Positions 26,380 through 39,261 of a DNA stretch of 64,000 nucleotides are shown here, in pieces. Position 1 is the stretch's first letter; each line of letters begins with the position of its first letter. Below the pieces are notes generated by a model, which did no database searches, was not told where the DNA came from, and saw only the letters and a list, made by a program, of their open reading frames with translations. The stretch comes from Octopus sinensis (Eukaryota). The DNA lies in assembly GCF_006345805.1 (NCBI RefSeq), contig NC_043015.1:31558001-31622000 (forward strand), written 5' to 3'. A program made the position numbers and the translations under genes.

Positions 26380-26606
26380 TTAACCCTTTAGTATTTAAAC
26401 CGGCTATATCCGGCCAAAATATTTAATCTGTTTTATGTTCAAACTGACCAGATCCAGGCCCTCACACCTACCCCACAATGTTATTCTACATTAAGTAATT
26501 ACACCATCAAGATCTTGAAGATATGAGATAATGCATGATTAATTCAAATCAATGGGAATCAATAAGCATTATGTTTGATAGAATAATCTGAACACTAAAG
26601 GGTTAA
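26380..26606. mobile_element. piggyBac-type MITE
   Basis: TTAA-CCCTTTAGT ... ACTAAAGGG-TTAA. Confidence 0.88.
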
Positions 26607-26781
26607 AGGGCTTTTTGTCAAACAAATCTACCACAGGACTAACTTTTTTAAGCGTGATCCCTATTCTATCAGTCTCTTTTGCTGAACTGTTAAGTTACAG
26701 GGATGTAAACACACCAACATCGGTAGTCAAGTGGTGATGAGGGGGCAAACGCAGACACAAGGATACACGTACATAGATATC

Positions 26782-27170
26782 ATCATCATCATCGTCGTTT
26801 AACGTCCGCTTTCCATGCTAGCATGGGTTGGACGGTTCAACTGGGGTCTGGGAAGCCCGAAGGCTGTACCAGGCCAGTCTGATCTGGCAGTGTTTCTACA
26901 GCTGGATGCCGTTCCTAACGCCAACCACTCCAAGAGTGTAGTGGGTGATTTTATGTGCCACCGACACAGGTGCCAGACGAGGCTGGCAAACGGCCATATA
27001 TATATATATGATGGACTTGTTTCAGTTTCCGTGTACCAAATCCATTCACAAGACTTTGGCCAGTCTGAAGCTATAACAGAAGACAATTGCTCAAGGTACC
27101 ACGCAGTGGGACTGAACCTGGAACCATGTAGTTGGAAGCAAGCTTCTTACCACCCACCCATGCCTATTTA
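26782..27170 (-). mobile_element. SINE family C 3' part abutting SINE A head
   Basis: (CAT)n-CGTTTAACGTCCGCTTTCCATGCTAGCATGG, then TTTCAGTTTCCGTGTACCAAATCC. Confidence 0.8.
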
Positions 27171-27175
27171 CTCAT

Positions 27176-27403
27176 TTAACCCTTTAGCATTTTAACCATT
27201 TACATCCATCTCAAACATGCTACCTGTTTTATGGTCTAACAGGCAGATCCAGCCCATCACACCTGCCCTTGAATGCCATTCTAAAAATATACGACTACAT
27301 CATCAAGATTTTGAAGCTACAAAACAATGCACAATTAATTAAAAACAATATGAATGAAAAAAACATTACATTTGACAGAATAATCTGAATGCTAATGGGT
27401 TAA
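27176..27403. mobile_element. piggyBac-type MITE
   Basis: TTAA-CCCTTTAGCATT ... AATGCTAATGGG-TTAA. Confidence 0.85.
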
Positions 27404-28246
27404 GTTTAAATGCAACCAAAGACAACTTTATGTCCAGCCATTTATTATTATTTTTTAATTTTTTTTTTTTTTGAAGGACTCAATCAGAGAATGAAAGGTA
27501 GCACCCTTGACACATTTTTCAGGCCTTCCAAGACTGGTGAGATAATCTGAAAAAGTTATCCTGAGACCAAAGGCCTAGCTCCAATGTTTGTGTAAAGGGC
27601 CCTGGATAGTAGTGTTAAATCAGACCCAGGATTACTCCTGCCCAGAAAATAAATATTAGGAATCCATTGAAATCCTCCAACTTTTGAAAAGTAAAAAAAA
27701 AAAATAAAGAAGGGTTTTCAAAGTCAATCATTTAGGGATCCTTACATCAGATAAATAGCTGAGTTCAAGGTTCACATGGACTCGTAGCATGCAAAAGAAA
27801 GCAGACAACCCCAACCTCTCTCTCTGTCTCTCTTAGAAATCACACTTTAATGCCCTTTTCTCTCTCTTTTTTAGCACCCATTGGATTCTGTAGTTTGAGA
27901 TAAATAATGCATGAAACGTTTATAGCAACATTTTTCAGCAAAAGTAGCAACAGGTGAAAAACATATCAGAGTTCTACAGAATATTTTGGCATTATTTTAG
28001 ATTAAGATATCACTGAACTTTAAAGAAAGCAGAACTAGAATAATATCAATACAAATACAAAATTGAGGTGAAAATTTATATTCAGATATCAAAATTTCAT
28101 GCATTACTTGGGTCTGAGAAAAGGATTAAGGATGCTGCCCTTCCTTCTCTGAATAAGTCCTTAAAAAAATGACTGAAAGCTGAAAGATAAGGCAAGCTTT
28201 GGAACTGAATTTAGATTAAAGAATTAAAACCCTAATAATGATAATT

Positions 28247-28475
28247 TTAACCCTTTCATTACCAACCCGGCTGAAACTGCATCTGGCTCTGTAGTACACA
28301 TGTCTTGTTTTCTTAAGTTTTGAATTAAAATTTTCCACCAAACCTTAGTCACAATTTATATTCCTAACACTAACTTAATGATAACTAAGTTATTTTACTA
28401 AATTCTTTGTTGTATTTAAAGTAATTGAAAGAAATACGGAGCATCTCAAAATAAAAATGGTAATGAAAGGGTTAA
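28247..28475. mobile_element. piggyBac-type MITE, second subfamily
   Basis: TTAA-CCCTTTCATTAC ... GTAATGAAAGGG-TTAA (perfect 12-bp TIR). Confidence 0.88.
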
Positions 28476-30016
28476 GAGGGTAAAATATTAGCCACCAAGC
28501 TAATACATTCTGAGTTCATATCCTGTCATCAGCAGAAGAAATGATGTTTTTAATTAATATTATACCAATTACCTTCTTGCAATTAAAACAACATGAGTAA
28601 AAGAAACATCTTGTCATTAATTATGAAACTATTACTGTCTCAGTGTCTGGAAGTAGATGTACTGAAACTAATGGAACTCCATGATGATTCAGTTGTTTGA
28701 TCAACTGAATTACCAGCTCAGTGAATAAGCATGTGACATGGCTGAGTATTCCACAGATACATGTGCTGTTAATGTAATCAACAGGTAGAATTAGTGTGTA
28801 TAACAAGACTGTACCTTTGAAATATAAATGCACCTCCATTCAGCAGGTGTCCACACAATTTCTACCTACCTAATCTCACTCAGAAGGATTAGGTTAACCT
28901 GAGGAATTGGTAAATAGTTTTGTAGACACTTATACAATTTGTTGTGCGATCACATAAATATATTTGTCAGGTATAAAAACAAGGGGATCAGTCCTAACAG
29001 TATTCCTTCTGTTATCATAAAGCAGTGCATTGCTAGCACCTGTCCTCACCATACTTTTTAATATGCATCAAGTGTATTTGGACTGGTAACAAGTTTATAC
29101 TTTTTAACGCCTCTGTTGTCTGTCTGTCTCTCTTTTGGGATCTATTTCTTGACTGTGTATTCCAGGGGTCACCAAATTTTTTCCACAGTGGACCAGATAA
29201 CCGAGAGAATGACAAGCAAAGGCCACACAACCATTTTGTTCAATACAATCAGTGAATACACTCACAAAAAAACTAAAGACAACCAACAAATTTATTTACC
29301 GAAAAATTATCAAAGAAGGTGATGTTAGCAATAAGTATGCACATATCCAAATTTCACAAACTAAGAAAAAAATGATTTGTGATATTTGTGAAACTGGTGT
29401 TTAGCTTTTAAAAATATCAATATTTGCTTTGGAATTGCTGCATCCAACCAAGAGAATTACTTTCAAATGTCCATCAGTCAACTGATAGAACTATATCTAT
29501 GGAAATTTGATCCTTCTATGTTATACGTCTGTGGCCATTCATCCTTCAGAACTTCAGTAAAAGTAATGTTGTTCCACCTTTGTTTACTGCTATAGGTAAC
29601 CAAGCATTCTCATGCAGATGAAATCAAGCGCTTTCATTCCTCCTTAACTTCCTGCACACAGGAACTATCCTCAAAAAATTAAAACACTTATCAAGTCAGG
29701 CTTGCAACTGCTTCCACGAACAGAGACCTTCAAAACATCCTCACCTCCCAAGTGGGAAATAGTATCTTGTCTCCTTCAACTGTACCAAAACACTATCACT
29801 ACACATATGAAGGAAACGGTATTACACTACATACTCCTTATATATGAATGACATTAAGTCCTCAGAATTGCTACAAATACTAGGCCTTACCAGTACCAAA
29901 TTTGGACATAAGCTAAACAAGTGCACAGTCTACAATGACTCAAGATAATTAAAAGCTCTGTTTTCAATTTTTCTGAGAGCTTCTGGTATAATTTTTTTAC
30001 AAAGGGCCTTCGATTT

Positions 30017-30250
30017 GTTAGTTAGTTAGTTAATTATTGGCTCAAAAAGCAAAAAGCAAGGCCATGTAGGGGGACATGGAGTTATGTACAGGGTGGTGTT
30101 CATGTAAAGAGTTCAGGCCACTTGTGGTCAAGGGAGACTTTGAACCGAGCAGTTGTCGGCATCTTCACCATCTCGTCCGGGAGCTTATTCCACGGATCCG
30201 CAACCCGAACAGAGAAAGCCCCTCGCCTTCGATTTATAGCTTAAGGTTTC
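30017..30250 (-). mobile_element. CR1-clade LINE 3' end with (TAAC)n tail
   Basis: Minus-strand RRGAFSVRVADPWNKLPDEMVKMPTTARFKVSLDHKW. Confidence 0.8.
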
Positions 30251-31239
30251 ACTGCATCTAAATTACAGTCTGTAATGAACTAAAACTACATCCCAAACAT
30301 CATTGTCATCATTTAACATCATTTTTTTTCATGTTGGTATGTTTTTAACAATTCAACAGATGCCAGAAAGTCAGAGGACTGCGCCAAGCTCCAATGCTTG
30401 CTTTGATATGGTTTCTATGGTTGGACGCCCTTCCTAATGCCAACCACTTAACAAAATCTACTGGGTGCTTTTGTTTTGCATCCACATAATTCTTTAATAA
30501 AGGAGAATAGAACCAAAAAATTTCATTATTTTGAAGGTAGGTGTGAGCTTAATGTTTGTCATTATGGGCATCACTGATCCAACTCATACTGAAGTACCAC
30601 TCATCCTAAACCCTGTTGAAGTACCACTCACACATTTAGTGCTATTGTTCCACAGATACCCTAGACCTATACTGAAGTAGCACTCACATATCAGATGCCA
30701 CTGTTACAAAAATATCCCAGACCATGTCCAGATGACAGCAACACACTACAATCACTGCTTCACAAACCCATTGCTTCTTGTTTCTTCATTTCTCTCAATT
30801 AGTAAGCTGCATATCACCACCTCAAGTAAATAAAGGAGACTCTGTATGGTCACACAATCTGCTAGAAATAGCAGCCAGAATTCTCTCAAACACTCCCTAT
30901 TTTCTTAAAAAGAGGAAGGCACATTAGTCTTTAAAAAAATAAAAATCAGGATGATCAAGGGTACGATGCCTTTGATCTTGCAGGCCTGTTCGATAAAGGG
31001 CAACTTAGGGTTAAACAAACAATCCCAGGCACACTAGCGTAGTTGGGGTGGGGGTTCACTTTTATGGAGGGGGGGGGCACCACTTTTGGGTCTACTGTAG
31101 GCAATATGTATTTTGTGGGGGCCCGGGCTGGATAACTACAAGGCCTCTAGTGCTCAGGCATGTCCCACCCGATAAACCTAGCAATTAGTACTTTACTGTT
31201 CCTCTTTAACTCCAGCCCATAACTTTTTTCTCCCTACAA

Positions 31240-31600
31240 AAATCAATCGGCAGGCGTTAAAGCTGCACATCCACCGCACCGATGTGACCGTAAAGGGAGC
31301 ATCTGTCAAAGAGGGGTTTCAACATAGGCACGGAGCATCAATTTACGGAGAGGATATTAGTCGATTTAACCAATCACAATACTTAGGCGGTAAAGTACTG
31401 GGTATCGATCAAATAACTCATGTATATCCGTATAGAAACCAGCCTGTGTCATTATGAACTTGTCGTTTACCCAACATGCAACGCAGTCGCGACGCGAACC
31501 CTCCAATAGGGATTGACGCGGCAAACTTAGGGAGGTTAACGTAAGGAGGAAATAACCAGTCGTCGTTGTTGTAAACAGTGTTATTACGTATAAGTATTAT
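31240..31600 (+). promoter_or_regulatory. Putative promoter of the MSL2-like gene
   Basis: CpG-rich non-repetitive stretch upstream of the ORF with CCAAT boxes (AACCAATCA near 31367, CCAATAG near 31503); TSS not determinable from sequence. Confidence 0.45.
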
Positions 31601-31792
31601 GTCGTGTCATGGTACTAAAATGTTTACTATGCGTCCGTCTCGAAAATTCTGCGATAATAAGACTAATTAATTGAAGAAGAGAAAAATTAGTCTCCCTCAA
31701 GAAAGCTCTGATTAGACGTGACCAATCGATCATCGACTGGGAGCGATTCAAAAAGAGGCTCTGTATTGTTATCGATGACTTACTGCTGGCGT

Positions 31793-31835
31793 CACTAACC
31801 AACGTTTATTGTTGACAGCTTTTTTTATCTCCAGC
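31793..31835 (+). promoter_or_regulatory. Putative 3' splice site in the MSL2 5'UTR
   Basis: Branch-point-like CACTAAC (31793-31799), T8 tract (31820-31827), CAG ending at 31835. Confidence 0.5.
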
Positions 31836-31928
31836 ATTTTGTCGACCCTGGTTGTGATTTAAACGGAGAGAGAAAGAAAACACAAAACACAAAGAAATCA
31901 CGTATACTATATACATTTATATATAATA

Positions 31929-32990
31929 ATGAATGCCGTCCGATTATATTTAACAACATGCCGATATGTGATGCAAGCAGAAGAGTGTGTGGCCGATTTG
32001 TATCGCTTGCTGCCCTATCTTCGCCAGGCCCTGTCTTGTTGTGTCTGTGGTCAGTTGCTGCGGCGACCCTGTGGACCGGAGCCCAACGTCTGCCAGCATT
32101 TCGTCTGTACCGGCTGCGTTGGCGGCAAAATGAACTTGAAGCCCTCGTGTAGCTGGTGCAAGGACTCGTCGCTGTTCGTGGAAAACACGCAGATATGGAT
32201 CTTGGTACACTGTTTCAAAAAGCTGTGTGAATACCTCAACAATTCCCGATTCGTCCGCGAACTTCAGCAACCGAGTGGAAGCGGCGAAGCGAATGGTTTG
32301 GTGCTGCTGGTTCAGGAAGCCATGGCCTTCGATGACAACTACGCCTCATCCATCGAAGAAAAGCTATCTTCCATCCCATCTCTCACTACGTTCAGTCTCA
32401 AAAGAAAAGAACATCATCCGTCTTGTGATTTTCTTAATGCCGACCTATGCCTTAAAACCCCGCCAACACCTTTTCACACATCTTCTCATCATTCGGTCAA
32501 ACAGGAGCCAGGCTCTCCTACTGCTGCTACTACTACTACTGTTCAACATTGCCGCGTTGGCGCCGAAGAACTGGACAAAGTTGCCGAAAAGCTATCCAAC
32601 GATTGCAAAGACGGCCAAACTATTAACGACAACAGTAGCAGTAGTGGCAATAAAAGAGAGGCAGTGTCTGTTAGGTGCCCGGTGGAGAGAAAGAAACGGT
32701 CGCTGTGGAACAGTCGCGGGGAACTGGCTTGCTTGTCTGTCAATTGCAACGATGAGGACGACGAAGGATCCAGCTCAGAAATCGACTTACAACCTTCCAG
32801 TTCTCCTTGTAAAAAGTTCTGCTCTGACGAGGATAACAACACTAACACTAACAACAACAGCAACAACAACAACAACAACCAGTCGTCTAGTAAGAAATCG
32901 AAAGTGGACAACAGTAGGCGCTCCAGTTGGAGTGGGATTATCGAAGCTGTTCACAAACACCGATTGATCTCAACCTCTGGTCATTCATAA
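31929..32990 (+). CDS. MSL2: MSL2-like RING-type E3 ubiquitin ligase (male-specific lethal 2 homolog), no CXC domain in the ORF
   Basis: 353-aa ORF; LYRLLPYLRQALSCCVCGQLL..P....CQHFVC..C...KM.LKPSCSWCKD...F.EN.Q..ILV.CFKKLCEY matches my recollection of the MSL2 N-terminal C3HC4 RING; C-terminus low-complexity with T and N runs. Confidence 0.9.
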   Translation: MNAVRLYLTTCRYVMQAEECVADLYRLLPYLRQALSCCVCGQLLRRPCGPEPNVCQHFVCTGCVGGKMNLKPSCSWCKDSSLFVENTQIWILVHCFKKLCEYLNNSRFVRELQQPSGSGEANGLVLLVQEAMAFDDNYASSIEEKLSSIPSLTTFSLKRKEHHPSCDFLNADLCLKTPPTPFHTSSHHSVKQEPGSPTAATTTTVQHCRVGAEELDKVAEKLSNDCKDGQTINDNSSSSGNKREAVSVRCPVERKKRSLWNSRGELACLSVNCNDEDDEGSSSEIDLQPSSSPCKKFCSDEDNNTNTNNNSNNNNNNQSSSKKSKVDNSRRSSWSGIIEAVHKHRLISTSGHS

Positions 32991-34129
32991 ATGACAAAAA
33001 GACAAAAAAGAAAAACAAAAAGAACAAAAACACGAAAAGAAAAAGAGATGAATTCTCTTATTTTTAGCCATCCCCTCCATTTGTCTTCTCTATTTTTCTA
33101 TTTCTACTCTTTCACTCCTTTTTTTTATTAGGTTTGGTATTGACAGACTGAGGGTGTCGAGACAACAACAGCAATCACTACTATTATTATTATTATTATT
33201 ATTATTATTACTGCTACTTGTATTTAATCACTTCCTGTGATGATTGCTCGTTGTTCCTCGACACTTTCACTTTCTTCTCTCTCTCTCGGTGCCTTCTTTT
33301 TCATTATATACTCTGGCCTTGCGGCTTTATTAACACTTGGCGAAGATTTTTGGGTGAAGTGTTACCTCACAAGCTGGCATTCATTAGCTTTATACACGAG
33401 TTATTTTGTATCTTCATCACCCGGCAGTGTTTGTGTGTTGTTGGGTGGTTTACGTAGCTGCTTGTTTATCTCTACACACACACAGAGACACACACAATCG
33501 AATGTTGTTGGAGCGACGGAAGCTGCGCGGAAAATAAAAACTCCCCAAAAAAACTCGTGCTGATAGGAAAAAAGTTGTATAAATATGACCCCGGGTGGGA
33601 AGGATGATGGTGTTTGTGGTGGTGATGAAGGTAAACGAGTTCTGTCTGTGGTGTCGGGGTAAATAAATAAAGATGGTCAAGAAAGTCTGAGGTAAAATAA
33701 ATAGGTGAGACGATGTCTGCTAGGGTAACATTTAATATCGGTCATATAGGAACAAGCGAAAAGCAAAACTTTAAAATGTATGGTGGGGGAACGAAGCAGG
33801 GGATAATGGTAAAACAAAACTACCCGCATTTCATTCATTTCTCTTCCCTCTTTACATGTTTATGAGAAAGCCATGAACACTGCACGATCTCATTTCCTAT
33901 ACACTGTAATCCCGAGGCCTTGTGCTCATGTAAAGAAAATGTCTTTACTATTTAAAACTATATATACACATATATATATTGTTGTTTGAGCGGTTTAATT
34001 AACGTCTGTGTGTGTACTCTGATAGTCTATGCCCTTTTTTCTTCTTGTGATCAATAGTATACTGTTTGTGATGATCCCGTCCTTTTCTTTTTTAAATAAT
34101 GAAAATAATTATATTTATTTGAATTTATA

Positions 34130-34446
34130 GGTACAGTATACTTAATTACGTGGATATTCCATATTAAAGCATAAATTCAAAACAAGAAAATATAATCACG
34201 ATCGAAGAAAGAAACAAAACAACTGAACACCAAGTGCATCAATCGGTCGCACCCCCAGAAGGGTCAAAGGAACTTACAGAAGCAAGTCAACACGCTCGCG
34301 GCGTTACCCCCCAGGCCATCGCCAGGCTAAGGCATTGAAACAGCCAAGTACCCTCACGGGCATCACCTGACACCTTGATAAGGCGAGTCACCAATGATGA
34401 CAAAAACTTCGTTGTCAGCGACGCAACTGCTCCTCCAGGCTTCATA
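34130..34446 (-). mobile_element. CRE-type (RLE) non-LTR retrotransposon 3' fragment
   Basis: Minus-strand RLIKVSGDAREGTWLFQCLSLA, then after a frameshift GNAASVL, resembling the GDPR...QRISLAIQRGNAAS C-terminal motif. Confidence 0.6.
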
Positions 34447-34871
34447 ATTCTTAATTAAAAATTCATTAAATCGGTGCCAACAACGGATGAATATGGTGAG
34501 AAATCTGGGACGAAGAATCTAATAATTTATGTTTATTAATTATTGTTATTTATTTTCTGTTCTATTAATGTCTCTCTCACACACACACACACTAAAAAAA
34601 GTCTCACCCTCCTGCAAACGGAAACAAGATTTCATGCGTTAATATCTGGTTTTAATTAGAGAGAATTAGTGTAAATATTCTTCTGTATGTACTCTCACTC
34701 TATATGTATACATGCGTGTGTATAAATATATACATTTTATATAAATAAATATGTATGTATGATAGATATATATATATGAGATATATATATCTATATGACA
34801 TGCATGTATAGGCATATGTATACACACGTATATATACATATATATAAATGTATATTATATGTATGTATGTG

Positions 34872-35260
34872 TATAGGAGTGGCTGTGTGGTAAGTAGCTT
34901 GCTTACCAACCACATGGTTCCGGGTTCAGACCCACTGCGTGGCACCTTGGGCAAGTGTCTTCTACTATAGCCTCGGGCCGACCAAAGCCTTGTGAGTGGA
35001 TTTGGTAGACGGAAACTGAAAGAAGCCTGTCGTATATATGTATGTGTACATGTATGTTTGTGTGTCTATTTGTCCCCCTAGCATTGCTTGACAACCGATG
35101 GTGGTGTGTTTATGTCCCCGTCACTTAGTGGCTCGGCAAAAGAGACCGATAGAATAAGTACTGGGCTTACAAAGAATAAGTCCTGGGGTCGAGTTGCTCG
35201 ACTATAAGGCAGTGCTCCAGCATGGCCACAGTCAGATGACTGAAACAAGTAAAAGAGTAT
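34872..35260 (+). mobile_element. SINE family A, full length
   Basis: ATAGGAGTGGCTGTGTGG...GGTTCAGACCC head through GAAACAAGTAAAAGAGT tail. Confidence 0.88.
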
Positions 35261-35517
35261 ATATATACATATATGTATATTATATATATGCACATACATA
35301 CATGACTGACTAAATGTTCATGTTAATTAACTAAATGTATTTAAACTGGCAGATAAGAGATTAAGATAAGGAAGGGCTATCAGTTTTAGCTGCTTTATGA
35401 AAATGCCTGAGAGAAAGGCATGAATATCATAATTTGAGGGATCATATCTTATGCAAGAAGTCAGATTCATTCCTCTTCTCTTGTCTTTGTGGCAAAAGCA
35501 AGAGATTATTATTATTA

Positions 35518-35980
35518 AGGTGGCGAGCTGGCAGAATCGTTAGCACTCCGGACAGAATGCTTAGCAGCGTTTCATCCGTCTTTATGTTCCGAGTTAAAAT
35601 ACCACTGGGGTACTTTGCTTTTCATCTTTTTTGTGTGGGTCATTGAAATAAGCAGTGGTCATGTACTGGGGTTGATAAAAATCAACTTTCCCTTCCCCTC
35701 AAAATTTCAGGCCTTGTGCCTATAATAGAAAGGATTATTACTATTATTATTATTATTATTCTGCTGAGATTTACTTTCATCCTTTCAAGGTCAATAAATT
35801 AGGTACCAGCTGCGTACTGGGTTGATCTAATCAACTGGCCTGCTCCCTACTAAATTTCAGGCCTTGTGCCTATAGTAGAAAGGATTATTATTATTATTAT
35901 TCTTGACCCCAGCACCAACTAGGTCAATGTAATGGACTAACCCCTCCCCTCAAAAATTATTGGCCTCGTGCCTATATTAA
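35518..35980 (+). mobile_element. Cluster of SINE B-related copies separated by (ATT)n
   Basis: Repeated TTTCAGGCCTTGTGCCTATA.TAGAAAGGATTATTA tails. Confidence 0.75.
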
Positions 35981-36534
35981 AAGCCATTTTTATTATTATT
36001 ATTGAGTGTGTTAGATGGAGGAATTGGTTAATGAACCAAACAAATAACATGCAGTATTTGGTTAAGTGCCTTTACATTTTGGGTTCAAATCCCACAAGAA
36101 TTAATTAATATAATAAATACCAATCAAGTACTGAACTCAATTAGATTGATCCTACCACTTTTCCCAGAATGTGTGGCCCTGTGCCCATCCTTAATTGACA
36201 AACTCTTCCCCACAATAATTGCTGGTAAGTTCTCTTGGAGAACTGAACCATGTGCACCGGATTTCAGTTCCTGCTTGGAACTGCTTCATTTTGAGTTGCT
36301 AATATCTTTGAAGAAGAGTTTGTCTGTTACAGTTTCTTGTTTCCTTTTATTTATGATTCTGAGGTGTTATGTCTATTTAGATGAGATTATTGCTGGTAGA
36401 TTGATGAAATTAGTAGAGCATTGGACAAAGATGCCTTGCAGTACTTAGGCATGTCTCTGTGTTTTGAGTTCAAATCCCTCTGAGGTCAAATTTTCCTTTT
36501 GGATAAAAGGATTTCTGGGTCCATAAAATAAGGG

Positions 36535-36870
36535 TAAGGGTAAAGACCTCCTTTGGTCATGAATGACCATTGTATTGCAACTAGAAAGTTCCCCTCTGAG
36601 GCACAGGGCCAGGCGAGGTTGTTTGTGGAAGACCAGCAGTTGCCCACGCATACCAGTCTCCTCTTCATGCCACAGACGTTGTCCAAGAGAAAGGCAAGAG
36701 CTGATACAGCTTGGCACCGGTGATGTTGCAACTCATTTCTACATCTGAGTGAACCGGAACAGCATAAAGTGTCTTGCTCGAAAGCACAGCATACAGCCCG
36801 TTCCTGGAATCGAACTCTCAACCTCATGATTGTAAGCCTAATGCTCTTACTTCTGAGTCAAGCATCTTCA
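36535..36870 (-). mobile_element. SINE (family D-related head)
   Basis: GGAATCGAACTC reversed B-box; body shared with 12700-12990. Confidence 0.7.
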
Positions 36871-38241
36871 GATAGAAAAATATGGGACACCTCATGAATT
36901 TGCATGTCATCCTTGCACGGGCCATGCTAAACCTCTCTCTGTGTCATTCCAATTTTTAGTATATGTACTGCTGAAGCTAGTAAAATAAATATGAGGTCCA
37001 TTTCATTTATTGTTTCCTACCATCAAAATTTCTGTCCTTGTACCTACATTTTTGAATTTTACATAAAATACCAGTTTATATTATTGACTGTGAGGGTTGA
37101 TGTAACTAGTTATACTCCTATCCTGAAGTTTATGGCCTTGTGCCTATGTTTAAATTGTTAGAGTTTTGGGAAAAATACCACTTTATGGTGTTTCTTTGGC
37201 TCTTTACATTCTGAGTTCAAATCCTGCTAAGGTCAACTTTGCCTTTCATCCCTTCAGGGTCGATAAAATAAAGTTATCAGTCAAGTACTGGGGTTTATGT
37301 AACCAACTATCTTCCCTTTCCTCAAAATTACTGGCCTTGTGCCTGAATTAGAAACTGTTGTTGTTGTTGTGTAGGTGGAGAGATTGTGAGGATCAGAACT
37401 CCACAGCATCCTCGTCAGTTGTTAGTCCATCCCTCCCTCCGTCCCCTTTTTCCTCCCTTCCTTCATTATTATCCAGATACTTGATAATTTACATCTCAAG
37501 AACGGATATATTTTGTATATTTGCCTTATATATTAGACCTGTGCCTCTTTTCTTTCACACCCAACATCACGATCATCACAACCATTTCAACCCTGTTTAT
37601 ATAATTCACTATACTGCACCCGGCCCTTTTTTTAGTCGCACATCTCACCTGCACCTTTCTCTCTACCATGTACATTCTGTCATACATTCACAGAGATTAC
37701 ATGTACATAAATACTGAACTGTAATATTATAATCCCCACCCCCTGCTCCCTGCCTTCCAAAACACTATGCACAGATATACATCATAAAAGGCCAAGGAAC
37801 AGCAACTATCAGGGTTTGACCAAGTACACTTTTTCCTCGCCCACCACACCTTTGTTGTGACCTCTTCCAACATCTACAGGGATACAGAAACAGACTTTGA
37901 TAATGGAGAACATTCAATATGTCCAGATTACATCACTGCACTGTCATACAACAAATTAAACCACTGCATATCAGTTAAGGAGAGTTATTGTATATCTGGA
38001 ACAATATCCGATGTTTGGGTTGCAACAAGGATTTACCATCAGTCTACCGGATCAAATCAGAGGAAGCCCAAGGCTACACAACAACAACTATCTTCCCCAA
38101 CCCCCATTACATTTGAGATTTTATATAAATGATAATTTCTTCAATACATTGTGTTTGTGGTTATTCATGTGTATTTTCTTTTACTTGAACTTTTTTACAG
38201 CATTGTGTTGTTATTGTGGATAGGGTGTATTCATCTTCATC

Positions 38242-38710
38242 ATCATCATCTTCGTTTAACGTCCGTTTTCCATGCTAGCATGGGTTAGACGGTTCAACTG
38301 GGGTCTGGGAAGCCAAAAGGCTGCACCAGGCCCAGTCTGATCTGGCAGTGTTTCTACGGCTGGATGCCCTTCCTAACACCAACCACTCCGTGAGTGTAGT
38401 GGGTGCTTTTTACGTGCCACTGGCACAGAGGCCAGACCAGGCTGGCAAATAGCCACGATCGGATGGTGCTTTTTACTTGCCACTGGCACGAAGCCAGTCG
38501 GGGCGGTGCTGACAATGGCCACGTTCAGATAGTTCTCTTACGTACCACCAGCACTGGTATCACAGCTGCAATTTCCATTCATGTTGATCGATTTCGATTT
38601 TCACTTGCCTCAACAGGTCTTCACAAGTAGAGTTTTGTGTCCCAAGAAGGAAAGGTATGCATAAGTGGACTGGCTACATCCCATATAGAACTGCCGGGTC
38701 TTCTCATGCA
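38242..38710 (-). mobile_element. SINE family C, long form
   Basis: Same 3' end as 26782 and 42904; internal GTGCTTTTTACGTGCCAC repeats. Confidence 0.75.
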
Positions 38711-39261
38711 TTAAAACATATTGGTCTTGAGCTAACAGCAGAGCCTCTATGTGACAGCTCCGCATGCTAGAAATAGTAGCTGAATCTTTGTTCTCTGAAA
38801 AAAAAACAAAAAAAAAAACTAAGGTCGTATTAAGTAAGGTGATCAGGGATACATTTTGGTTGAATAAAAGCTGGGATGATCACAGCTGGAACACCTTTGA
38901 TCATGTCTGCTGGCTAAGAGCTGATCTGGAGCTGAACAACATCAACAAAGAAGGATGCTTTACATGTTTTAGTTTTAGGACGAGGAGGAATGTTACACTT
39001 GCTGGTGTAGTCCTAGATACCCCATGGTCACAGCTGGAATATATTTCATTTCAGTATACAGCTGTTGAATTGTGGTTAAGCTGATCTGGAACTAAACAAG
39101 TAAGGAGGTTACACTGGATAATGTAGTCTTAGATATATTATGACGGAATCAAAAATAAAATTGTCATATCTTTCATTATAAGTATGTTAAATTCGAGTTA
39201 ACTTGGAGTTAAACAATATCAAGTTCTCTCTCTCTCTCTCTGTATATATATATATATATAT

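Noticed and set aside
31950-32967. Overlapping alternative-frame and antisense ORFs (246, 122, 106 aa) over MSL2
   Set aside because: By-products of the GC-rich MSL2 coding sequence; no recognisable motifs
33040-34100. U-rich tracts in the MSL2 3'UTR as SXL-like sites
   Set aside because: Expected by chance in this AT-rich, homopolymer-rich background
37730-38130. Possible Penelope GIY-YIG remnant
   Set aside because: Only vague Cys/Ile similarity; too degenerate to call
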